Counted from the stretch's first letter, positions 42,650 through 56,511 are shown. The stretch is DNA of 64,000 nucleotides from Octopus vulgaris (GCA_951406725.2 OX597822.1:101556001-101620000); one strand, 5' to 3'. Notes: generated from the sequence alone by a model not told the origin. Numbers and translations: made by a program.

Positions 42650-42707
<58 letters not shown>

Positions 42708-43453
42708 TACACACAAATACTTACTAGTTCAAGCTCGAGTTAAAAAAAAATTAATAAGAAAAATAAGACGAAAACAGAAAGCAAAAAAGAACAAATTTAG
42801 TAGAAAAAGAAAACGAGGAGGGAGAAGGAGAGAAGGAGAGAAAAAGAAGGGAAAAAGATATCGATTAAAAAACAAGTGAAGGTGAAAACATATCAATACG
42901 TTGGACGCAGGAGGCCAGACATAACTTGAAATATTTCAAAAACGTTTTGGTATCAAATGTTTGTTTCACTTCATCTCCTGACGACATTTTTTAACAACCA
43001 GTGATAAACAACACATTCGCTTGATTTTATTGTTGGTGTTTACATCTTTTACGTTTCTCAACACCTTCCCCTAACTTATTTGCCTCTTCCCCATAAATTT
43101 CTATCTTCTGACAATTTGAATCTCTATATTATATATAATATATGTTTGGCATCCTTCCTTCGGCGTATTTATTTGTTTTTGCCTTCAGTTTTTGCCTTTT
43201 CTTTTTCCCTTCTATTCCAGTTCCGTGTCTTTTTTCTTTTCTTTGCTGTTCAGTTTTATTTTCTTGAACCTATTTTTTTCTTCTTTAATATCTCTTTAAC
43301 TTCCTGTAATATATTGGTGGATCGTCTGACTGTCGGAAAAAAATACCTTGCAGTAATGAGTTCAGTGCATTACGTTCTGAGATCAAATTCCGCTAAGGTT
43401 GACTTTATCTTCCATTCCCTTCCTGGGTCGATAAATAAGGAAGTATCATTTAT

Positions 43454-43695
43454 GGGATCTTTTCGGTTTGAACGGCAGTTTTTTAAAATAATTTCCACGT
43501 AACTAAAAAAATTTTAAACTTCGTATACTGGTAGAATGTGTTTATAAAACATCTTTTTCTCTTGGCTTTATTGAAAAAATTCTATAGTTTGTAAGATATT
43601 TGTTGTTGTTTTTTCCCTCTATTTCTGCAATTTCAACCAATCAATGTCGTCTATTGAGGTGAAAACATTATGTGGTCAATGTAATCTACGATCCC
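43454..43695 (+). mobile_element. MITE-like dispersed repeat
   Basis: Starts gggatcttttcggtttgaacggc; related to 35330-35506. Confidence 0.5.
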
Positions 43696-43867
43696 ACTCA
43701 TTTCAAAACTGTTTCCCTTGAATCTAAATTAGCAAATATTGAGGGCAGTGGATTGAAAGAATCGCCACCGTGTGGGGACAGTGTACTTTGTGCAATGTAG
43801 CTCTGATGTAATTTCTAAGATCATATCTTACAAAGTTCAAATTTGCCTTTCCTCGTTTTTGAGGTTT

Positions 43868-45660
43868 TTTACTCTTTTACTTGTTTCAGTCATTTGACTT
43901 CGGTCATGCTGGAACACCGCCTTTTGTCGAGCAAATTGACCCCAGGATTTATTGATTTATTTTTCGTTTGTAAGCCTAGTACTTATTCTATCGGTCTCTT
44001 TTGCCGAACCGTTAAGTTACGGGGGACGTGTACACACCACTATTGGTTGTCAAGCGATGTTGGGGGGACAAACATATACACACGCATATATATATATATA
44101 TATATATATATACGTAAATATAAGAGAGTGACCACTATGTGGTCGACTCTAGCACTAAAAATAGATCCGCTACAGTTTGGATACTAATTTAATAGTACCA
44201 TCAATTTAACACCAAGGGGCTTAGTGCATAAAAACCAGGAATACAACAAAGTTTATACGTAAATATAAGAGAGTGACCACGATGTGGTCGACTCTAGCAC
44301 TAAAAATAGATCAGCTACAGTTTCAGTCACGAAGAATTGTTTCCAATGAAAGTTAGCACAACTATTAGCGTAAACGAACAGGGCAAATAAAAAATAACAA
44401 AAATGCAGATTAATTCTGGACAATTGTTACGCTATTAATAAATTATGTAATTTTACTCACATAACATATCTGTAGCTCCTCAGCAGAATTTGTCTAGAAT
44501 ACAATTTACTCAACCGCATGCCAGATATTACCATAACGATAAACACACATGCGGTTCAGTCGATTGCATTCGCAGTTCTAATTCAAGTGCCCCCGCTAAA
44601 GCCCACCAAAAATCAAGGAAACAGGTACTGCATAAAAAATTAAATGCAGTATAATTACAATAAACTAATAAGGGTGAAAAAATTGGATACTAATTTAATA
44701 GTACCATCAATTTAACACCAAGTGGCTTAGTGCATAAAAACCAGGAATACAATAAAGTTTATACGTAAATATAAGAGAGTGACCACGATGTGGTCGACTC
44801 TAGCACTAAAAATAGATCAGCTACAGTTTCAGTCACGAAGAATTGTTTCCAATGAAAGTTAGCACAACTATTAGCGTAAACGAACAGGGCAAATAAAAAA
44901 TAACAAAAATGCAGATTAATTCTGGACAATTGTTACGCTATTAATAAATTATGTAATTTTACTCACATAACATATCTGTAGCTCCTCAGCAGAATTTGTC
45001 TAGAATACAATTTACTCAACCGCATGCCAGATATTACCATAACGATAAACACACATGCGGTTCAGTCGATTGCATTCGCAGTTCTAATTCAAGTGCCCCC
45101 GCTAAAGCCCACCAAAAATCAAGGAAACAGGTACTGCATAAAAAATTAAATGCAGTATAATTACAATAAACTAATAAGGGTGAAAAAATTGGATACTAAT
45201 TTAATAGTACCATCAATTTAACACCAAGTGGCTTAGTGCATAAAAACCAGGAATACAATAAAGTTTATACGTAAATATAAGAGAGTGACCACGATGTGGT
45301 CGACTCTAGCACTAAAAATAGATCAGCTACAGTTTCAGTCACGAAGAATTGTTTCCAATGAAAGTTAGCACAACTATTAGCGTAAACGAACAGGGCAAAT
45401 AAAAAATAACAAAAATGCAGATTAATTCTGGACAATTGTTTCGCTATTAATAAATTATGTAATTTTACTCACATAACATATCTGTAGCTCCTCAGCAGAA
45501 TTTGTCTAGAATACAATTTACTCAGCCGCATGCCAGATATTACCATAACGGTAAACACACGTGCGGTTCAGTCGATTGCATTCGCAGTTATAATTCAAGT
45601 GTATATATATATATATATATATATACACATACGATGGGCTTCCTTCCGTTTCCGACAATA
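43868..45660 (-). mobile_element. OR-like SINE interrupted by the 506-bp array (tail 43868-44090, continuation ~45630-45660)
   Basis: SINE sequence resumes (tacgatgggcttcc..gtttccg) after the array. Confidence 0.7.
44111..45601 (-). repeat. Tandem array of a 506-bp structured unit (one internally deleted unit, two full units, one partial unit)
   Basis: Marker ttagtgcata at 44221, 44727 and 45233 gives a 506-bp period; units nearly identical; (TA)n on both sides; strand inferred from motifs. Confidence 0.95.
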
Positions 45661-45771
45661 AAGTAGCGGTCGAGAACTGAGCGGGAAAGGCAATATTTTC
45701 GAATATTCCCTTCTCAATATCCAGCCTTGTTACTTTTTTTTTTTGTAACAATTATCATATTTGCGAGCGTG

Positions 45772-45965
45772 AAGGTGGCGAGTTGGCAGAATCGTTAGCG
45801 ACATTTCTTCCGACTTTACGTTCTGAGGTCAAATAGCGCCGACGGCGACATTCTCTTTCATCCTTTTGAGGGTCAATAAAATATCTACCAGTTAAGCTCT
45901 GGAGTCGATGTAATCAACTCCTCCCGCTCCCCATATTTGCTGGTTTTGTATGAAAATAAGAAATT
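45772..45965 (+). mobile_element. Nin-domain-type SINE (decayed)
   Basis: ggtggcgagttggcagaatcgttagc ... tttcatcctttt. Confidence 0.6.
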
Positions 45966-46130
45966 ATTATATTTACAAGCGAGTTCGCCATTATAAAGTA
46001 TATATATGTTGATCGTGATGAAATATATTGGAAACATTCAGGAAATATAGTTACTATTTGGCAAAATAAGTTTAATTTGTAGTTCAGTTATATATATATA
46101 TTGAAATATACATCATATATTTCAATATAT

Positions 46131-46343
46131 ACTCTTCTACTCTTTTACCTGTTTCAGTCATTTGACTGTGGCCATGCTGGAGCACCGCCTTTAGTCGATC
46201 ACATCGACCCCAGGACTTATTCTTTGTAAGCCTAGTACTTATTCTATCGGTCTCTTTTGCCGAACCGCTAAGTAACCGGGACATAAACACACCAGCATCG
46301 GTTGTCAAGCAATGTTGGGGGGACAAACACAGACACATAAACA

Positions 46344-46395
<52 letters not shown>

Positions 46396-46553
46396 CGACG
46401 GGCGACTTTCAGTTTCCGTCTACCAAATCCACTCACAAGGTTTTGGTCGGCCCGAGGCTATAGTAGAAGACATTTGCCCAAGGTGCCACGCAGTGGGACT
46501 GAACCTGGAACCATGTGGTTGGTAAACAAGCTACTTACCACACAGCCACTCCT
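46131..46553 (-). mobile_element. Full OR-like tRNA SINE
   Basis: Full-length match to 9085-9481. Confidence 0.9.
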
Positions 46554-47229
46554 GCTGTATATATAGTGAAATATACATTATATATTTCAATATCTATATT
46601 CTGAAAATTTCGAAATTTAAAAATGTTTATATAGAAAGTCTTTCGACGGAGTGCGATGAAACATCTCCCATAATTTACACGGTTATTAATATGGAGCTAG
46701 TGAAGTTAGGTAGAGGACAAAGGTGCCTTCATGTAGCCAACGTTTCTTCTATTTTAATTTTTATTATAGTTTTAGTTTCTCGTAAATATTGTGAGCTCAC
46801 TATTGAATTCCCTATGAAGTGTGGTGAATGTAAGCTTATTTTGACACAGCCTGTAGAAAGGCTACAGAGAGCGATTCACAGACAAATAGAACGATATATA
46901 CGAAGGGTGCTGAAAAATTTCTGGTTGTGTGTAAAAGAAAATACAGTAAGATCAGTTAATTGTAATTTTATTCAATATATTCCCCTCTTAGATTCACACA
47001 CTTATTGCAACGGTTTTTCCGTTTTTCTAAGCCCTATTAAAGAAGTCGGATGGCTGGGCTGCCAACCAGTCCTTTCGCGACAACCTTAAAGCCAGGAAAT
47101 GTTCAGTATTGCCTTCTGTATGTATGTCTCCCGTCCACCTTTTCCCTCTTTTCCTTGTTGTTTACGTTTGTTTACATATTTCATGTTGTTTGCACTGTTA
47201 GTGACATTCTGTACCCATATATGCATGTA

Positions 47230-47263
<34 letters not shown>

Positions 47264-47277
47264 CATACATACATACA

Positions 47278-47343
<66 letters not shown>

Positions 47344-47349
47344 ATATAG

Positions 47350-47460
47350 GATAAAATTTTTTCGAAAAAAAATTTTATCAATGGCCAGCATATTAAAAAA
47401 TACCTTTAAAAGTTAAATTATAAACAACTTATAAATAAGTTTTATTTATAAGTTGTGTAT
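47350..47460 (-). mobile_element. Terminal fragment of the 20620-21300 element, with a small fold-back
   Basis: Hairpin-aatggc-cagcatattaaaaaatac is the reverse complement of 21246-21298; acaacttataaata...tatttataagttgt hairpin. Confidence 0.7.
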
Positions 47461-47544
47461 ATATATATATATACCCATACATATATCTATATATATAACC
47501 GCAGCCCTCGGGCTGAAATTAGAAAAGAATATATATATATATAT

Positions 47545-47707
47545 GATAGATCGTTAGCCACTACACACATTTTTTTCTCTCCTTGTTTTTTCTGTGTCCA
47601 TTTCTGTAGAAGAGCGTAGGCTCGAAACGTAAAAGACTTTTTCTATTCCTGAGCGTTATACTAATACACCACCTGTCTTTGTCTTGTTTTTTTCGTAAAC
47701 TCTCCCT
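47545..47707 (+). mobile_element. Penelope-like 3' fragment with atypical hammerhead-like motif
   Basis: ttt-CTGTAGA-a-gagc-gtag-gctc-GAAAC-GTA-aaa at 47601-47634; (TA)n on both sides. Confidence 0.55.
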
Positions 47708-48000
47708 ATATATATATATATATGTAGCTTGAAATCTTGTGCTGATGAAGAGAATGATCGAATGAAAATGTGAACTTTGCATTTTCATATCGATCTAACT
47801 CAGAAATACTGAGTGAATTTTCGTTGTTATTTTCCTCTATGCCTACGTGGGTTGTTTTGAGTATATGTTTGTCTGGGAGTTGCTTCGTATAGTAGAAGAA
47901 ATATCTCAGTTTTTTTGGCTGTTATTTCTAAAGTTCGGGTATGTGGCTAAGCACATTTTTTGTTGAACCCTAATTATAATTATACTCATAATTATAAAAA

Positions 48001-48103
<103 letters not shown>

Positions 48104-48417
48104 GATGAAGGTAGAACGAGAAAGAAAGATAGGGAACTTTAAACAAATTTTGTTGGAAAATTGTTTCCCAAGTTCATGGTCACCTGATTGTGGAAAGTTG
48201 CTGAGAAAATATTAAAAAAAATATTGACTCCCTCCTAAAAAAATTACTTGATTTTTGACCATATGTAATGCGTTATACGTCTGCAAACACTTACTCTGGC
48301 ATATTGATGCACACATACACATACATATACGCATGTGTATGTGTGCGTTGATGAGTATGTATCTAAGTATGTGATTGTGAAGGTGTACTATCAAGCAATA
48401 CATCTAAAATTCTAATT

Positions 48418-48620
48418 TAAGTTAGTTAGTTAGTTAGTTAATTTGGCTCAAAAGCAAATAGCAAGGCCATGTAGGGGGACATGGAGTTAAGTACAGGGTG
48501 GTGTTCATGTAAAGAGTTCAGGCCACTTGAGGTCCAGGGAGGCTTTGAACAAAGCGGTCGTCGGCATCTTCACCATCTCATCTGGCAGCTTGTTCCACGG
48601 ATCCGCAACCCGGACGGAGA
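48418..48620 (-). mobile_element. CR1-like LINE 3' end
   Basis: SVRVADPWNKLPDEMVKMPTTALFKASLD*-type C-terminus followed by a (TAAC)n tail. Confidence 0.75.
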
Positions 48621-48889
48621 TGTAACCGAAGAGGGCAATGAATTTGTGTTACAGAGTTAAAAGAAAACAGCGAACATTTTTATTACTCTCAATTTTAATT
48701 TATCGCACTTCCGACACACAAAACATTTACGACTCTATTTAGTGCGAAGACGGCTGATGGTTGGTAACGCGGATATAGCTTTTCAGTTCAGACCGTCGCA
48801 CATTTATTGGTGTTCATCAGAGATTGACCTGGGAAGAAGAAAAATGCATTGCCTAAACTGAGGATAACCTCAGGTCTCATCGTATGAGT

Positions 48890-48899
48890 GTATTATTAA

Positions 48900-48971
<72 letters not shown>

Positions 48972-49021
48972 CATTATTATCATTATTATCATTATTATTA
49001 TTATTATCATTATTATTATTA

Positions 49022-49091
<70 letters not shown>

Positions 49092-49198
49092 CATTATTAT
49101 TATTATCATTATTATTATTATTTTTTTAATTATTATTATTATTATTATTATTATTATCATTATTATCATTATTATTATTATTTTTTAAATTATTATTA

Positions 49199-49250
<52 letters not shown>

Positions 49251-49267
49251 CATTATTATTATTATTA

Positions 49268-49306
<39 letters not shown>

Positions 49307-49313
49307 CATTATT

Positions 49314-49412
<99 letters not shown>
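48890..49412. repeat. ~520-bp (TTA)n tract with interspersed TCA/TTT variants
   Basis: Seen directly; one of many (TAA)n, (TA)n, (CA)n and (TATG)n tracts in the window. Confidence 0.95.
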
Positions 49413-49416
49413 TTTT

Positions 49417-49689
49417 TTTCTTCTTTCAAATTTGCTTCCATTTCTTGTCGAGTGTCTTCCCGACTCCTAGGGCAAAGAAACTCATAGTATACATTGGTAG
49501 GCCATTACACCAAACTCAATAGTTCGTTCATTTTTTTTTTTTTAAGTTAAATTAAAATACACGAGCAGCAACAATTCTCACATCGACAATGCTCTTCTCA
49601 ATACATGTGATGTACCAGTTAAGACAAACTTTTGCACTTCTTGCAGGGATGGTAAGCCAGGGATCATTCTCATATAATTTTCGGTTCCC

Positions 49690-49690
<1 letters not shown>
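49417..49690 (-). mobile_element. Dong family-E 3' fragment
   Basis: GTENYMRMIPGLPSLQEVQKFVLTGTSHVLRRALSM* plus 3'UTR; (TTA)n flanks. Confidence 0.85.
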
Positions 49691-49751
<61 letters not shown>

Positions 49752-49765
49752 TGATTTTGATTTTG

Positions 49766-49813
49766 ATTTTTCTAGTTTCAGCTAATGAGCTGTGGCCATG
49801 CTGGGGCACCGCC
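49766..49813 (-). mobile_element. Extreme 3'-tail-only copy of the CR1/L2-like LINE
   Basis: Reverse complement ggcggtgccccagcatggccacagctcattagctgaaactagaaaaa resembles 63163-63210. Confidence 0.75.
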
Positions 49814-49824
49814 ATTATTATTAT

Positions 49825-49856
<32 letters not shown>

Positions 49857-49916
49857 TCATTATTATTATTATTATTGTTGTTGTTGTTGTTGTTATTATT
49901 ATTATTATTATTATTA

Positions 49917-49969
<53 letters not shown>

Positions 49970-50669
49970 GCCGTCAGCCGAGGAAGCCGCACTTCACCTC
50001 AGCTCTCTATCGTCAGTTTTATCGGGAAAGTAATGGGGTTTCCCTGTCATTTTCGACCAGGGTGGAGAATAACAGATCCTTCTTCTGCTGGTGAGTTCCT
50101 TTTTTTGTTAAAAGACCCCTATTTCTTGGGAGACTTATCAAATTCATTCCATTTTTTATTATCCGTGGAAAAATTTAGAATTTTTGCTCAGTGACAGCAA
50201 CAAATAGTTTCAAGGTGGTTTCTGTTGTCGATGAGAAAGCAGGGAGGCAAAGGAATGCCTTGTCACAAAAACGAGAGAGGGCGACAGTTCTTCGCCTTTT
50301 GGCGTGACTACTAGTCAAGTAAGCAAGCAAAACAAGATGACCATTCCAATAACAAACAACAACAACAACAGTAAAAGCAACAACAAAAGCAGCAGCAGTA
50401 GCAATAGCAGCAACAGCAGCCGTTCAAGAATTTGGACCTGGAGATCTCCATTTCCAGCGACCTCGAGGGCCTCAACAAAGAACCCTCGACTACAACAAGA
50501 CGACCAAAGTTTTTTTTCCAAGGTCTGGGGTCTCTCGCCCCTAAGCCCTAGACCATCACCTAATCACCATTACCCGTCTTGTTGTTTAACAACAGTAACA
50601 ACAACAACAACAGCAACAACAACAGCAATAAAGGATGGACACCAGCAATGGGGACGTACTAGAGAATTT

Positions 50670-51930
50670 TGGGTCCATAACTGCTAAAAACACAGCTTAA
50701 GATTTTGGCCAAGGTGTTAGTGAAAAGGTTTGTGCCTGTCGTTGGTAGCTTGGTCGGACAGTCGCAAACGTGCGCAGTACCGAGCAGGTCTATCCACGAT
50801 AGGGTCGACCACCGCTACTTGAAAGCAGGGTGTTTCGGGCCCGTTTTAGAAGACTAGATCGCTGCAATGCACAGCGGCACCTGTTCGTGGTTCAAGTAAA
50901 CTGCCGCCTATCGGAGCCGTTTGGCATCGCTTGCTTAGTCCATCAGGATTGCCCGCTGTCACCCTTTCTGTACGTAGTGGCACTCGAGCCACTGCTTCAG
51001 AAGTTGGAACACCTTAGGGACATCCCTTTCGACCCGGGACAGGGAACGGCTGTGTCGTCATACGCGGACGGGTCACCGTCATGGTGTCGAACACCTCCGA
51101 AGTGAAGACGGTCGGCCCCATCCTAAAAGAATTATGAGTCGCTTGCAGGGGCTAAAATCAACGCCGACAAATCAGTGGGTTTGTGGTTGTTCTCCTGGAG
51201 AGGCAAGACTATGCCATCGGACGGAGTCGTCGGATGCTAGACCAACGGAGCAGTTAAACTGTTCGGGGTCTGGTCTAGTCCCGACCTCCGGCTTGATAAG
51301 AAGTGGACGAGGTAGAAAACATGATGGCCGATCTTACCTCGAAATGGGCTGAGAGGAAACTCTTCTTGAAAGGTCGGGTAGGGGTGGCGAAAATTCGGGT
51401 AGAGGTTACATCGCATCTGTTATTACCTCGCGCCTGACCGTCGTGCCTTGTCTCGGTTACTGTTTGACCAGCTTGGAGCGTGTCTAATTAAAATTCTTGT
51501 GTAAGGGATGCGTTTCAATGTTCAGGTGGTCAGTCTGTTGCCAGAATCCTCCGAGTGGCAGATCAGCTAGGCTGTGGGTCCTAATGTGCAGAAACATTCT
51601 TAGGTAACACCACCGGCAACAATTTCTGGACTGTGAGCGTGTGTGGGCTCCGTTTGTGAGGCTCATCAGGCACCGGGAATGTTGTCAGGTGCTCACATCC
51701 CTCTACCAGTCGGGCAATGGGATCCGTGGATGTTGACGTTTAGAAATTTATGGAGGATTAGTGGTGTGGAAGTGCGACGAGGTTCTAAGGGAGACTCTGA
51801 GCGCCGACGAAAACGAACCTGCTAGTCTGTTGTGGAGGACTTTCCGGTCGGGAACTATCATGGATATTTTCCAGTTGTCCTTGGCCTGGCAGTGCTATCG
51901 GAGGATCGAGATAAACTCGACAGGCACGGA
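50670..51930 (+). mobile_element. Decayed Tx1/L1-clade LINE RT fragment
   Basis: ITLL..LKILAKVL, QTCAVPSRSI, QDCPLSPFLYVVALEPLL, VSSYAD, GAKINADKS; many disruptions. Confidence 0.75.
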
Positions 51931-51994
51931 TGTGCTAAGCTTTTTGCCCAGTGTGCTGACGGTTTTGACAGCTCGCCACCTTCAATAATAATCC

Positions 51995-52198
51995 TTTCTA
52001 CTATAGGCACAAAACCTGAAATTTTTTGGGTGGGGTAGTAGCCGATTACAGTGTTTCACTGGTACTTAATTTATCGATCTCGAAAGGATGAAAATAAAAG
52101 TCGATCTCTGCGGAATTTGAACTCAGAACGTAGCGACGGGCGTTATACCGCTAAGCACTTCGTCCGGTGTGCTAACGATTCTGCCAGCTCACCGCCTT
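51995..52198 (-). mobile_element. Nin-domain-type SINE
   Basis: Reverse complement of the 41728 family. Confidence 0.7.
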
Positions 52199-52219
52199 GC
52201 TACCTTCAATAATAATAAC

Positions 52220-52262
<43 letters not shown>

Positions 52263-52265
<3 letters not shown>

Positions 52266-52819
52266 GCCCTGATGCAGTACCAGGCAGTGGCTCTCATGGC
52301 TTCTGATCTTAACTGATTGGAAGTGTTATCATGTACATTGTTTTGTCTTGGTATAAAAGATGGGCTACAGCAAATATTCTGCTCAATACCACAGATTTGC
52401 TTGTCAGTTGTTTGACTTTAACCAGCTGAGCATGTCCCTTAGTGGCTGACGATATGTGCATCTCTGATCACGAGCAGAAGTAGTGGGGGAGCATCATAGC
52501 CATGTGTTGAGAGGGATTCTTTGGGGTTTGAATAGTTCACCTCTGGAAACATGGGTGGTTCTTTCAACATCCTTAAACAACCCTTATTCAGGGACCGTTT
52601 GAGCGGGATGGGCTACTCAACCTGAAGAAAATTCTAATTGGGCCCCACCTGCAAGGTCATGTGATGTTTATCTTGATATGAGATCACCATGTCGCGCACA
52701 TATGGTTGTGATGCATGTGCCTGGTGTACCTTTATCAGACAGGTAGTCATGATGGGTATATTGGGCTTCGTATAATTTACCCCAGTGTCACTTTGATGGC
52801 ATGAAGTGCTCTCTCACTC
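52263..52819 (+). mobile_element. Full-length ~557-bp (TAA)n-targeting non-autonomous element
   Basis: aatgccctgatgcagtacc ... gctctctcactc with (TAA)n on both sides. Confidence 0.9.
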
Positions 52820-52854
<35 letters not shown>

Positions 52855-54006
52855 TGATGATGATGATGATGATAATAATAATAATCATAATTTCTACTAT
52901 AGGCACAAGACCTAAATTTTTGCGGGGAGGAGAGACAGTCGATTACACCAAACCCGTGCTCAAAAGTTGTTAGCACGCAGGACAAAATGCTTATTGAGCT
53001 TTCTTCCGGCTTTACTTTGTGGGTTCAAATTCCGCCAAGGTCGACTTTGCCTTTCATTATTTCGGTTCCTACCAGTTGATTATTGGGATCGATGTAGTCG
53101 ACTTGCTCCCTCCACCTTAATATCTTGTTGCTTTAGTAGAAAGGATTTTCATTATTTTATTTATGACGATGATGACGATGATGACATCAAAACCGATGAT
53201 AAATGTCGTGTTCATGATAATGATAATTATCATGACAATCAGAATTACTTTCACTGTCGTTTTTATTGATATTATAAACGGGGTTAATCTGATCACTAGC
53301 GCATTGAAAATACCTCTAAAAGATAGTTTATATCGTGCAGCTCTGGGATTTTTTTCTGCAAATAAAATATGATAACGCGTAAGAACAGAGTGGTTCCCAT
53401 TGAATATCATTTGTCCTAAAGAATTATAGAGACATATAATTTTGCTTTTATAATTTAGTTGGAATTAAGTAAAACAAAACCTATCTTTTATTAATTCAGT
53501 AAAACCCGTAACCTAATTACAGCCTCTGAGGAAATCACGAAATATTTCATATTTCTGTTGGTATGTAATAAGGAACCTTGATTAATAGCAGACATTAATG
53601 TTTTGATTTTCATAAACGTCAACGATAATTTTTTTTTAATATAGTGCTGCCATTAGGGTTAATAATTGAATCACAAAAGCTTGTGGTATAAATCACTGAC
53701 AAAATATCGCATCGTCTTATTATGAAACTAGACATCGATGTATATATATATATATATATATATTTTATTGAGAATTATCAACAAGTTTCTATGAGCAAAA
53801 AGACTGTCTATACCTATTTTTCCTGCTGAAATGAGTTGGGATTTTTCTTTCAGAGCATCTCAAAACCAACCTAAACTACCAAAGTTATTGATTTTTATTT
53901 TTTAAAGCCCGTTACTTATGCTATCGGGCTCTTTTGCCGAACCGCCAAATTACGAGGATGTAAATATAGCAACACTGGTTGTCAAGTGGTAGTGGAGGAC
54001 AAACAA

Positions 54007-54068
<62 letters not shown>

Positions 54069-54109
54069 GAAAAGTGAAGACTACGTATGAAAGTTAAACC
54101 GCTTTTAAA

Positions 54110-54935
<826 letters not shown>

Positions 54936-56511
54936 CGCTTTTACTATTTACTATTTACATTTACTACTGCGTGTGTTGTTTCATTAACAATACTAATTAT
55001 TTTCAATATTATGAAATTATGAATAGCATGTTTTCTATGTCTCAATCACAAGCATTTGGAAGTTTTAAATAAAATTTAAAGCTTTTTTTTAAAGCCTCAG
55101 ATTTTATTTATAAAATATCCGCTGAGTACTTAGTCCTTGAGAGACATTGTTTGAGAACCAACGATCTAAAAATAGCTTATCTTTATTTATATTCTTGAGA
55201 TGTAATTAGTTAGTAAAATAACAGTCACTAGATACAAAACACTGATCCTTCGGTAGGCAGAAATTCTTGGGTATCTGACTTGGGCAGTTGACACCTTCAG
55301 ATTTGCATTTTAGTTTGAGAATCTTAAAAATTACACGATCCTCGGCAGACACCACACAAACTTTTGTTGTTGTTGCTTGATTACGAAATAAATAACTTAA
55401 ACCTATATCTGCGCTATATTTGAAAACCAAATCTCTAGAGAAATGCACTCTTTTTAGCATGTAATCCAGACTACGGTTCTAGTTAGTTAAAAGAATATTA
55501 AAAAAGGTCACCTGAAAATTTATTTATTTAGTTAAATATTACGTCGAGAAAGTAGATATTTATAGTAAATTCACTTAAACAAATCGATGAATTTCTGGTT
55601 GAAAAACACCCGAAAAAATGTAAAGAAATATCACGACGGAAAAATTCAGTCTACATCTAATTATAAGGATTCTCTCAATTTCTGCCTTTCCCGCACATAT
55701 ACACACACATGTATCTATATAAATACACACAAACATTTTCCATAAAAAGTTGTATATGGTATTGTTTTAAGTGTAAGTAATCGCAGACATATTATAGTAA
55801 AAAATATATTCATATAGGTGTATGTATAGTCATATATTATGTTGTTTATTAGCTCATGGAATCTTTTGTATGGGAATAAAGTTTGAGTCGACAAATTGTT
55901 TCAATGAAAAATAAAATAAGCATTATTTTATTAAATTTACAGCTGTTCGATTAAGTAGAAATCACTTAAAGATCACTTTTTTTCATATGGTATTTAAATC
56001 GGTAAACTTTAGCTTGTGGTGAGATTCAGCTGTCGATATACGTTCAAAATAACATGAATACAAAATATAAAAAACAAACCCAACATTGTCTTTGTAAACA
56101 ATATTTTAGAATTGTTTTTCTATGAATGTTAAACAATTTAAAATATTCGTTGATGGCGAACATATGAAAACAATAAATTTTCAAAGGATTACTTAAAAAG
56201 AAATGAAATACAAAAAGATTGTTTAAAAATACCAGATTATCATAAATTATCAATAGTGAAAACTATACTACTATAATTTATACTTCGATATCTTTTTAAT
56301 GTTGAGTTCGTTTGAAAATATATTGTGAGAGGACATTAAATCTATATTAGCTTAAATATTAAAACCATGGGCGTGTAAATTGTATGCAAATGTTTCTGGT
56401 ATGAATTTATGGTGCTACGTACTATATATGGAAAGTATAAATAAGAATTCGGAAGATAATATACTTTAATATGTAATGAATTAATTATGTAACATATAAT
56501 ATATATTGTAG

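Noticed and set aside
44111-45601. CRISPR-like array or canonical hammerhead/HDV/twister ribozyme in the 506-bp repeat
   Set aside because: There are no unique spacers, and I could not assemble a complete canonical ribozyme core by eye; it is reported only as a candidate.
46899-47100. Mariner-like TIR start (tacgaagggtgctgaaaa)
   Set aside because: No second TIR or transposase motif found; too decayed to call.
52540-52640. GAAAC ... CTGAAGA inside the 557-bp element as a hammerhead
   Set aside because: The required stems could not be formed.
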